64,000 nt of DNA from NCBI GenBank assembly GCA_045535295.1, contig JAZSLI010000014.1, forward strand, positions 55,613 through 119,612, in the 5' to 3' direction. This DNA is from Acutalibacteraceae bacterium. GTDB taxonomy: Bacteria; Bacillota; Clostridia; Oscillospirales; Acutalibacteraceae. This document shows, one piece after another, positions 56,158-64,000 of the stretch (position 1 is the stretch's first letter; each line of letters starts with the position of its first letter). A program made the translations under genes and the position numbers. The notes under the pieces are model-generated. The model had not been told where the DNA came from. It saw only the letters and a list, made by a program, of their open reading frames with translations, and searched no databases.

Positions 56158-57282
56158 ATGATATATTTTGATAATGCGGCAACAAGCGGTAAAAAGCCGC
56201 AAGAGGTAATTGATTCAGTTAAAAATGCTTTAATATATTACAATGCAAACCCAGGCAGAAGCGCTCATAAAACGTCGGTTAAGACAGCCGAGGCGGTTTA
56301 TAACTGCCGAGAAAAAATATCGGATTTTTTTGGTGCTTCGGGTCCTGAAAGGGTTGTTTTTACCCTTAATTGCACACATAGCATTAACTGTGTTCTAAAA
56401 GGAGTTTTGAAGAAGGGCGACCATATAATTGTTTCCTCATTGGAACATAATGCGGTTATGCGCCCATTAACTGCAATGGGAATAAATTATAGCATAGCGG
56501 AAGTTTCGCTTTTTGATGATAATAAAACGCTTGTCGAAATTAAAAAGCTGATAAAGCCTAATACAAAAATGATTTTTTGCACAGGTGCTTCAAATGTTAT
56601 TGGTAAAATTTTGCCTATAAAAGAGATAGGTCAGTTAGCGCATAGTAACGGAATTCTATTTGGTTTAGATGGGGCACAGGTGGGCGGAATTTTGCCAATA
56701 AATATGCGTGAAATGAATATAGATTATCTTGCAATTGCGCCACATAAAGGGCTTTACGCACCCACAGGTATTGGAATATTAATTTGTGAAAAAGGTATTG
56801 AAAATACAATTTTACAAGGTGGTACAGGAACTAATTCATTAGAGCTTACACAGCCCGAGAGTTTACCTGAAAAATTAGAAAGCGGAACCCTTAATATTTC
56901 AGGAATAATGGGAGTTTCGGCAGGCATAGACTTTGTTAGAAAAATAGGTATCAAAAAAATTTACAGCAACGAAATGATGCTTGCAAAAAAAGCTTATGAA
57001 TTTTTGAAAAATAACGGATTCAGTTTATATACACCGAGCTTTGAAAACGGTGACTATGTGCCTGTGATATCGTTTAATTTGCCGGAGAAAAAGAGCGAAG
57101 AAACCGCATTGTATTTAGCTGAAAAGGGTATAGCGGTGAGGGGCGGTTATCATTGTGCACCACTTGCGCATAAGCAAATCGGAACACTTAAATGCGGAAC
57201 GGTTAGACTTTCGTTTTCGCATTTTAACAGCATAAATGAGATTATCGATTTTGAAAGGATAATGAAACTCAAAAAAAGATAA
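56158..57282 (+). CDS. Class V aminotransferase-fold PLP enzyme (cysteine desulfurase family)
   Basis: The start is IYFDNAATS, the PLP-lysine region is IAPHKGLYAPTGIG, and the C-terminal region is GGYHCAPLAH. Confidence 0.8.
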   Translation: MIYFDNAATSGKKPQEVIDSVKNALIYYNANPGRSAHKTSVKTAEAVYNCREKISDFFGASGPERVVFTLNCTHSINCVLKGVLKKGDHIIVSSLEHNAVMRPLTAMGINYSIAEVSLFDDNKTLVEIKKLIKPNTKMIFCTGASNVIGKILPIKEIGQLAHSNGILFGLDGAQVGGILPINMREMNIDYLAIAPHKGLYAPTGIGILICEKGIENTILQGGTGTNSLELTQPESLPEKLESGTLNISGIMGVSAGIDFVRKIGIKKIYSNEMMLAKKAYEFLKNNGFSLYTPSFENGDYVPVISFNLPEKKSEETALYLAEKGIAVRGGYHCAPLAHKQIGTLKCGTVRLSFSHFNSINEIIDFERIMKLKKR

Positions 57283-57356
57283 AAAATATTAAAAAATCTA
57301 TTGAATGAGGCGGAAATATATGTTAATATAAAATAGATAATAATATAAAAAGAGGG

Positions 57357-58256
57357 ATGTTAACGGTGGGCGAAATTTTTACCGCAATTTATGCGATTTG
57401 GAACCAAATAATTTATGCCATTTCGAATTTCCGTATATTCGACCTTTTGGATATTGCACTACTTGCATTTATCATTTATAAGGTTATCGGATTTTTGCGT
57501 GAATCAAGAGCAGGTCAGCTTGTAAAGGGCTTGTTCATTTTGTTCCTTTGCTATTTTATTGCAAGCTGGTGGGATTTGGTAACAATTAATTGGTTGTTAT
57601 CAAGAATCCTCGATTCTGTTATTATCGCTGCCGCCGTTATTTTTCAACCTGAGCTTAGGCGGTTGCTCGAAAAGGTTGGTAGGGTATCCTTTAACCGCCA
57701 AGGTCTTGAAGGCGAGAATAACCCTCTTTCAAAATCTATTGATGATGTTAGCAAAGCTGCCGCAATTATGCAAGAAAAGAGAATTGGTGCTTTAATCGTT
57801 TTTGAGCGTACAACCCAGCTGGGTGAAATTATTAATACCGGAACGGTTATTAATGCCGAATCTTCGGTTTCGATGATTAACAATGTCTTTTTCCCAAAAT
57901 CCCCATTGCACGATGGCGCAATGATTATAAGGGACGGTAGACTTTATGCGGCAGGTTGTATTTTGCCTCTTTCTCAACGGGAGGATTTAAGCCTTCAGCT
58001 TGGAACTCGTCATAGGGCTGCTATTGGAATGACCGAAAACTCCGATGCGGTTGTTTTAGTTGTTTCTGAGGAAACCGGCAACATATCACTTGTATCTAAC
58101 GGTCAAATAACCCGTAATTATAATCCTGTTTCGGCAGGTGCCGAACTTAGAAGACTTTTAATTCAAACCGAGCAAAAGCAAAATAGTGTTTTGGTTAAAG
58201 GGATAATTGAAAAATTTATTCCTAAAAAGTCAGAAGGTAAGGAGGGTGGAAAATGA
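57357..58256 (+). CDS. cdaA: Diadenylate cyclase CdaA
   Basis: Three N-terminal TM helices are followed by DisA_N motifs (GALIVFE, DGAMII, GTRHRAA). The start could also be the GTG at 57366. Confidence 0.9.
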   Translation: MLTVGEIFTAIYAIWNQIIYAISNFRIFDLLDIALLAFIIYKVIGFLRESRAGQLVKGLFILFLCYFIASWWDLVTINWLLSRILDSVIIAAAVIFQPELRRLLEKVGRVSFNRQGLEGENNPLSKSIDDVSKAAAIMQEKRIGALIVFERTTQLGEIINTGTVINAESSVSMINNVFFPKSPLHDGAMIIRDGRLYAAGCILPLSQREDLSLQLGTRHRAAIGMTENSDAVVLVVSEETGNISLVSNGQITRNYNPVSAGAELRRLLIQTEQKQNSVLVKGIIEKFIPKKSEGKEGGK

Positions 58257-59539
58257 GATTTAAATTTCTTGAAAACTTTTCTTTAAAAAAGCTTTTATAT
58301 AACAAACGCTTTACAATTCCTTTTTCAATTCTTGTTGCCTTTACTTTTTGGATGGTTATAACCATAAATCAAAAGCCTGTTATTAACCGCACTTTTACCG
58401 ATATAACGGTTACTGTCAACCTTGAAAATTCTCCTAATGAAAATTCTTTGAGGGTAATCGGTGATATATCGGAGCAAAAATTCACGGTTTCTCTTAAAGG
58501 CCCAAGCTATCTTATTAGCTCGCTTACCTCGTCGAATTTGTCGTTATATGCTTCCACTGCTTCGGTGGATACACCTGGCGAATACACACTGGATGTTGCT
58601 TTGTTGAGGGACGCTGTGACCTCCGAATGTGAGGTTTTAAGCATTTTCCCATCTAAAATAACCCTTGATTTCGATTATTTTGAAGAAAAAACTGTTTCAC
58701 TTAGTGATATTAAAGTTAGTGCTGAGGGAATTACCCCAACTGATGACGAGCTTGATATTGGTGATACTGTGGTTACTGCCGAAAATACCGAAAGCTTGGT
58801 TATTAGCGGTCCGAGAACAACCATTAATAAAATAGACAAGGTTGTGGCTTCGGTTACTGAAAATAAATCGATTTCAAAAACTGAAAACTTTAATGCTAAA
58901 ATTGTTTTATACAATTCTGATGGTGATGAGATTAATCAAAAGAACCTCGAATTTAGCACAAAGGATTTAACCGTAACTGTACCAATTATTAAGCAAAAAA
59001 CAGTTTCAGTTGTTCCTGAGTTTACCGGGCTTCCTTTGGATTTTAATAAATCCTCTATCGGATATACGATTGATTATCCATCGGTTACAATTGTTGGCAA
59101 ACCCGAGGCGGTTGATTCTATTGATGTTTTAACCCTTTCGGCTATTGACCTTACAAATGTTACACCTACTACAACAAGCTTTGATGTTTCACCAAAGATT
59201 CAGGTTGATAATGTTAAGCTGCTTGACGAAATTGATCATTTCACAGTTAAGCTAAATCTTAAAAACTATTCTGAAAAAACCTTGGATATTACTAATGCAG
59301 TTAAATTCACAGGACTTTCAGGTGGTCTTTCCGCATCAAGCACAACCACAATTAAAAATGTTAGAATTTGTGGTCCAAGGGCTGCGGTTAATAAAATTAA
59401 TGCTTCTATGGTAACGGCTCAGGTTGATTTATCTGGTAAAAAAGCAGGTCAGTACACTGTTGATGTAACCTTTAAAATAGCTGGATACAACAACGCTTGG
59501 GTTATTGGCACATATAAAGCAGTGGTAACTGTTAAATAA
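58253..59539 (+). CDS. cdaR: CdaA regulatory protein CdaR (YbbR-domain repeats)
   Basis: An N-terminal TM anchor is followed by repeated YbbR-like beta modules. The gene is translationally coupled to cdaA through an ATGA overlap. Confidence 0.7.
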   Translation: MRFKFLENFSLKKLLYNKRFTIPFSILVAFTFWMVITINQKPVINRTFTDITVTVNLENSPNENSLRVIGDISEQKFTVSLKGPSYLISSLTSSNLSLYASTASVDTPGEYTLDVALLRDAVTSECEVLSIFPSKITLDFDYFEEKTVSLSDIKVSAEGITPTDDELDIGDTVVTAENTESLVISGPRTTINKIDKVVASVTENKSISKTENFNAKIVLYNSDGDEINQKNLEFSTKDLTVTVPIIKQKTVSVVPEFTGLPLDFNKSSIGYTIDYPSVTIVGKPEAVDSIDVLTLSAIDLTNVTPTTTSFDVSPKIQVDNVKLLDEIDHFTVKLNLKNYSEKTLDITNAVKFTGLSGGLSASSTTTIKNVRICGPRAAVNKINASMVTAQVDLSGKKAGQYTVDVTFKIAGYNNAWVIGTYKAVVTVK

Positions 59540-59626
59540 TCTTTAATTATTTTTCGGGGCGGATTTTATCCGCCCTATAATTTAGAATATCATTCCTTTT
59601 CTTTTTTCATATAATATAAGGGAGGA

Positions 59627-59980
59627 ATGATTGTGGTCGAACTAATTTTAACAGTTATTTGTATTTTTCCATTAATGCTTGGTCTTGCCGATATTTTACA
59701 TAATATAAAGTTGTTTTTGCTTGGCGGTAAGGTAAGGAGCAATAAAACCGTTATTTTTTTACTTGATGATGCATTTCCTCAAAGGGAATTAGCACTAATT
59801 GCCGAACAAAAAAGATGGCAAGGTAAAGCCTTTGCAAATAAGGTTTATGTTGTTTACTCTAAGCTTTCAAATGATGAAGTTTTAGAATGTGAGAATGTTG
59901 CTTCCAAGAACAACATATTTTTATATTCATTAAATGATTTTTTAGCTGATTTTAATTTGTTTTATAACTATTATAATTAA
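59627..59980 (+). CDS. Hypothetical small membrane-anchored protein
   Basis: The ORF has GGGAGG upstream and one N-terminal hydrophobic helix. I recognise no motif. Confidence 0.4.
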   Translation: MIVVELILTVICIFPLMLGLADILHNIKLFLLGGKVRSNKTVIFLLDDAFPQRELALIAEQKRWQGKAFANKVYVVYSKLSNDEVLECENVASKNNIFLYSLNDFLADFNLFYNYYN

Positions 59981-60005
59981 TGATTTTTTTGAGGGAGGTG
60001 ATTTT

Positions 60006-62228
60006 TTGGCAGAGCAAAACGGAAATTTTGAACAAATTTCGGGAACTGTTGAAAAAATCACCTTTCAAAATGTTAATAATGGATATACTGTTGCTGAGGT
60101 AAAGGTAAAAAATGAAATAATAACAGTTGTTGGAATTTTACCCTTTTTAAACGAGGGCGATACCGCCGATTTCTTTGGTAGTTTTACAGTTCACCAAATT
60201 TATGGGAGTCAGTTTTCGGCTAATACTTATGAACGAAAAATGCCCGAAACCGTAGCTGCAATTTTAAGATATTTATCCTCGGGCGCTATTAAGGGTATTG
60301 GTCCTGCAACTGCAATAAAAATTGTTGAACGATTTGGTGAAGAAAGTCTTAATATAATTTCAGAAAACCCAATAGAATTAACAGTTATTAGCGGTATTTC
60401 AAAGCAAAAGGCACTAACAATTTGCGAAGAATATAAAAAGCAATTTGGCGTTCGTGACATTTTAATGCTGCTTTATAAATATAAAATAACCCCGGATAAA
60501 TGCTATGCTATTTATAAGCACTTTCCTAAAAATCCAATTGGGCTAATTAGGGACAACCCTTATATTCTTTGCGAAGATGGCATTGATTTTTCTTTTGAAT
60601 TAGTTGAAGAAATTGCTGAGGATTTTGGCTTTGATAAAGATAACGAAGCTCGGATTTGTGCGGGAATTGAATATGTTTTGAGAAAAAATTTACATAACGG
60701 GCATACCTGCTTGCCAAGAAAAAAGTTGGTTGAGGTTGCTTCTAAGTTATTAGACACAAGCGAAACAACGGTTGATATTTGTTGCGACCGATTAACCGAA
60801 TGTTTTAGAATTTCAAAAGGGTTAATTGAGGGTATTGAGTTTTTATCTCTTCCTGAATATTTAAGTGCTGAGCAACAAATAGCGTCAAGGCTTTTAAATA
60901 TCAAACGATTCATAAACCCAAATGTAACCGCCGATGAACTCGAAATTCAAATGGTTGAAAACAGTTTAGGTATTAAATTTGAAAGCCTTCAAAGAGAGGC
61001 AATTTTTGAGGCTTTTAAAAGCGGTGTGCTTGTCTTAACGGGTGGTCCCGGAACTGGAAAAACAACAACACTTAATGCTATTATCAAACTCTTTGAAAAT
61101 AGAAATTTAGTTATTGAATTAGCGGCACCAACCGGTAGAGCTGCTAAGCGAATGACCGAGCTTACGGGCAAAAAAGCAAAAACAATTCATCGCTTGCTTC
61201 AAGTTGAGTGGGGAAGGGATGATAAAAGAGAATTTGCCCGAAATGAAAAAAATCCACTCGAATGTGACGTAATTATTATTGATGAAGCTTCAATGATAGA
61301 CTCGTTGCTTTTTAATGATTTGTTGAAAGCACTTAGACAGTCTTGCAGAATAATTTTGGTAGGAGATTATAATCAGTTGCCAAGTATTTCTGCGGGTAAT
61401 GTTTTAAGCGATATACTCTCTGCTAATATTTTCCCATCGATAACACTAAAAAAGGTTTTCAGACAAGCTGCTAACAGCAAAATAATTGCTAATGCTCACG
61501 CTATCATTAATAATGAACCTGCCGATTTTTCTTGTAAAACCTCAGACTGCTTTTTTATAAGGCAAGAAAACTCAGTTTCAGCTCACGATACAGTTTTAGA
61601 GCTTGTAACTAAGAGATTACCAAATGCGTATAACATTAATCCTATGCAGGACATCCAGTTAATTTGCCCTTCAAGAATAGGTGAGGTTGGCACGGTTAAT
61701 TTAAACAATTCCTTGCAAGAAATTTTGAATCCTGTAAAGAAAGGTGAACCACAGGTTAACTTTAAAGGGTTTAGTCTTCGCAATGGTGACAGGGTTATGC
61801 AAATTAAAAACAATTACGATTTGCAATATCAAAAAGATGATGGCGGATTTGGCACCGGTGTTTTTAATGGCGACGTTGGTTATGTTACCGATGTTGATAT
61901 AAGGAACAATATAATAAGAGTTCGTTTTGACGATAAGGTTGCAACCTATTTTTCAGAAGATTTTTCACAGCTTGAATTAGCCTATGCAGTAACAGTGCAT
62001 AAAAGCCAGGGAAGCGAATATGATTATGTTATTCTTCCGCTATACGATACCCCTTTAAAGCTTAGATATAGGAATTTGATATATACAGCGGTGACAAGGG
62101 CTAAAAAACTGCTTATTATTGTTGGAAGTCAGAAAATATGGAGTGATATGGTTGCAAACGACCGCAAAACCCTCAGATACACTTGGCTTGAAAGCTTGCT
62201 TAAAGAAAAAAGCAAGGAGTTATTTTAA
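60006..62228 (+). CDS. recD2: ATP-dependent RecD2-like (SF1B) DNA helicase
   Basis: The N-terminus has an OB/HhH region. Walker A is GGPGTGKTT, Walker B is IIIDEASM, and the C-terminal SH3-like region is followed by AVTVHKSQGSE. Confidence 0.9.
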   Translation: MAEQNGNFEQISGTVEKITFQNVNNGYTVAEVKVKNEIITVVGILPFLNEGDTADFFGSFTVHQIYGSQFSANTYERKMPETVAAILRYLSSGAIKGIGPATAIKIVERFGEESLNIISENPIELTVISGISKQKALTICEEYKKQFGVRDILMLLYKYKITPDKCYAIYKHFPKNPIGLIRDNPYILCEDGIDFSFELVEEIAEDFGFDKDNEARICAGIEYVLRKNLHNGHTCLPRKKLVEVASKLLDTSETTVDICCDRLTECFRISKGLIEGIEFLSLPEYLSAEQQIASRLLNIKRFINPNVTADELEIQMVENSLGIKFESLQREAIFEAFKSGVLVLTGGPGTGKTTTLNAIIKLFENRNLVIELAAPTGRAAKRMTELTGKKAKTIHRLLQVEWGRDDKREFARNEKNPLECDVIIIDEASMIDSLLFNDLLKALRQSCRIILVGDYNQLPSISAGNVLSDILSANIFPSITLKKVFRQAANSKIIANAHAIINNEPADFSCKTSDCFFIRQENSVSAHDTVLELVTKRLPNAYNINPMQDIQLICPSRIGEVGTVNLNNSLQEILNPVKKGEPQVNFKGFSLRNGDRVMQIKNNYDLQYQKDDGGFGTGVFNGDVGYVTDVDIRNNIIRVRFDDKVATYFSEDFSQLELAYAVTVHKSQGSEYDYVILPLYDTPLKLRYRNLIYTAVTRAKKLLIIVGSQKIWSDMVANDRKTLRYTWLESLLKEKSKELF

Positions 62229-62934
62229 TTATTTTACCGAGCTTTTATATCCTTCAACCTGCGCATATTGCGGTGAGATAATTGAAGGCGGCGAATATGT
62301 TTGCGATTATTGCTACACAATGTTAGAAAGAATTGACCTTAATAAGCTTTGTGTAAATTGCGGAAATCCTAAAAAGAAATGTAGCTGCAATACAAGAATT
62401 TATCATTTTAATGCGGTTATAGCGCCCTTTTATAACACCGATATTTCACGTCTAATAATGAATCGCTTTAAATTTAGACATTACGAATCGCTTTCCTTGT
62501 TTTTTGCAAGGGAAATGGCTTTATCGGTAAAACAACGCTACGGCGATATAAATTTTGATTTTATTACTTATGTTCCAATGACTAAATTTAGGCAGTTTAG
62601 AAAAGGATATAATCAAAGTGCTCTCTTAGCAAAGGAGCTTTCAAAAATACTTAGTATTCCTATTGTGCATGATATTCTTTTTTCTCACAAAAAACGCAAA
62701 AGCCAACATAAAACCACCTCAAAAGAGAGGTTTGACAATGTTAAGCAAATTTATTATACTAAAAAAAGAATTTCGGGCGGTACAGTGCTTTTGGTTGATG
62801 ATATCAAAACAACCGGCGCAACCCTCGATTCTTGTGCAAGACAATTACTTATGTGCGGAGCCGATAAGGTATACTGCATTAGTGCACTTATAACTGAGCC
62901 AAAAATAAAGAAAGGAAAACAAAATGGCAACTGA
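62119..62934 (+). CDS. comFC: ComF-family protein (zinc finger + phosphoribosyltransferase domain); start codon uncertain
   Basis: The zinc motifs are CAYCG...CDYC and CVNCG...KCSC, and the PRTase motif is VLLVDDIKTTGATL. The conserved part begins near 62240. No canonical start lies between the AAGGAG at 62212 and that point, so the frame is only open from the TTG at 62119, inside recD2. Confidence 0.75.
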   Translation: MLEVRKYGVIWLQTTAKPSDTLGLKACLKKKARSYFNYFTELLYPSTCAYCGEIIEGGEYVCDYCYTMLERIDLNKLCVNCGNPKKKCSCNTRIYHFNAVIAPFYNTDISRLIMNRFKFRHYESLSLFFAREMALSVKQRYGDINFDFITYVPMTKFRQFRKGYNQSALLAKELSKILSIPIVHDILFSHKKRKSQHKTTSKERFDNVKQIYYTKKRISGGTVLLVDDIKTTGATLDSCARQLLMCGADKVYCISALITEPKIKKGKQNGN

Positions 62935-63946
62935 TATTGGTATTGATTTAGGCACCTCTAAAACTGTGATATTTTCATCTTCTCGTGTTGTTTTAGAGCT
63001 TCCAAATGTTGTAACGGTTGACGCTGAAACCTATGAACCGATTTATTTTGGTGAAAAGGCTAAGCAAACCTTGGGAAGAACACCAGATAGCCTTGTTTGT
63101 GTTCGTCCTATTGAACATGGGGTTATTGCCGATTATGATATTGCAGAAATAATGCTTAAAAACTATATGGAAAAAGCTTTTGGAAATAAAATTTTAAGGC
63201 CAAGAATTATGGCGACCTTACCCGCAGGTCTTACCGAGCTGCAACACCATTCGCTTGCAAATGTTGTTGAATCGGCAGGTGGTAGAAATATTTCGGTTAT
63301 AGAAAGCCCACTTGCTATTGCATTTAGCTTAGGAATTGATTTTTCGGAGCCGAGAGGGACACTCATTGTTGATATTGGTGCAGGAACAACCGATATTGCG
63401 GTTATTTCCTTGGGTGGTATTGCGGCTTGCGAATCTTTTAAGGTAGCTTCCTTAGATTTTGATGCACAAATTATTAGATACATTAGAAAAGAATATAATA
63501 TTGAAATTGGTCCCTTAACCGCCGAAACAATTAAAATGAAGATAGGCGCTGCTGTTAAGAGAGACATTGAAATTGCAATGGTTGCAAAGGGTAGAAATGT
63601 TTTTTCAGGCCTGCCTGAAAGCTTTGAGATTACAAGCGGCGAGGTTTATGATGCTATTATTGATACCGTTGATACGATTTGTAATGCAATAAGGCAGGTT
63701 CTTAATAAAACCAATCCCGACCTTGTTGCTGATATTATGACTGACGGCTTATTCTTAACGGGTGGTGGCTCATGTCTTTTCGGGATTGATAAACGAATTT
63801 CGGAATATATAGGGGTTAAGGTGCATAATTTACCCGACCCCGCATATAGCGTTGTTAAAGGTGCGGCGGTTGCACTTAAAAAGCCACAACTACTTAAAAA
63901 TGTGGATTATCAGCTCCGTTCGATTAAAGAACTTGAAATTAAATGA
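62924..63946 (+). CDS. mreB: MreB/Mbl-type actin-like rod-shape protein
   Basis: The N-terminal phosphate-1 motif is IGIDLGTSKT. DIGAGTTD and LTGGGS are also present. Confidence 0.85.
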   Translation: MATDIGIDLGTSKTVIFSSSRVVLELPNVVTVDAETYEPIYFGEKAKQTLGRTPDSLVCVRPIEHGVIADYDIAEIMLKNYMEKAFGNKILRPRIMATLPAGLTELQHHSLANVVESAGGRNISVIESPLAIAFSLGIDFSEPRGTLIVDIGAGTTDIAVISLGGIAACESFKVASLDFDAQIIRYIRKEYNIEIGPLTAETIKMKIGAAVKRDIEIAMVAKGRNVFSGLPESFEITSGEVYDAIIDTVDTICNAIRQVLNKTNPDLVADIMTDGLFLTGGGSCLFGIDKRISEYIGVKVHNLPDPAYSVVKGAAVALKKPQLLKNVDYQLRSIKELEIK

Positions 63947-63965
63947 TGTTAAGAGGTTATAATTT

Positions 63966-64000
63966 ATGATTTCAGAAAAAATGACAATGCTGGGCAAAAA
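63966..64000 (+). CDS. Start of an unidentified gene (partial, runs off the window end)
   Basis: The ATG at 63966 is preceded by AGAGG. Only 11 codons are visible (MISEKMTMLGK). Confidence 0.25.
   Translation, partial: MISEKMTMLGK

Overview
This is an AT-rich chromosomal segment from a spore-forming Firmicutes/Clostridia-type bacterium. The lineage call rests on spoIIGA-sigE, ytvI, a DUF3794/LysM protein and a dockerin-bearing glycosidase, which together suggest a Ruminococcus/Oscillospiraceae-like organism; this is inference only. Most of the window is ordinary housekeeping synteny. In order: a GH16 pair; phoH-ybeY-era-(yqzL-like)-recO; mutS2; spoIIGA-sigE; SRP RNA-dnaX-ybaB-recR; a 1972-aa vWA/isopeptide-domain wall adhesin; a Re-citrate-synthase-like/GntR/aconitase/IDH cluster followed by a GH2 beta-galactosidase; proBAC; MarR plus two ABC exporter genes; lysC-hom; cdaA-cdaR; and recD2-comF-mreB. 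The one clear accessory segment is a ~6.6 kb island directly 3' of a tRNA-Lys(UUU) gene (about 14584-21190). It carries both a tyrosine recombinase and a large serine recombinase, and a small protein ending in an SSB-like acidic tip. It also holds an AT-rich spacer with a 10-mer repeated at exactly 73-bp phasing, a ~380-nt G+C-rich hairpin-dense ORF-free segment, and a Big_2/LRR lipoprotein. My top candidate for something undescribed is also in the island, at 17929-18901. There a perfect consensus promoter drives a ~215-nt structured non-coding RNA that ends in a strong intrinsic terminator, followed at once by an RBS-only 235-aa nuclease-like ORF. This layout resembles a type III toxin-antitoxin locus, but the RNA has no tandem repeats and the protein is not ToxN/AbiQ-like. 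All motif coordinates were counted by hand. No database search or folding computation was possible, and family names come from remembered sequence signatures.
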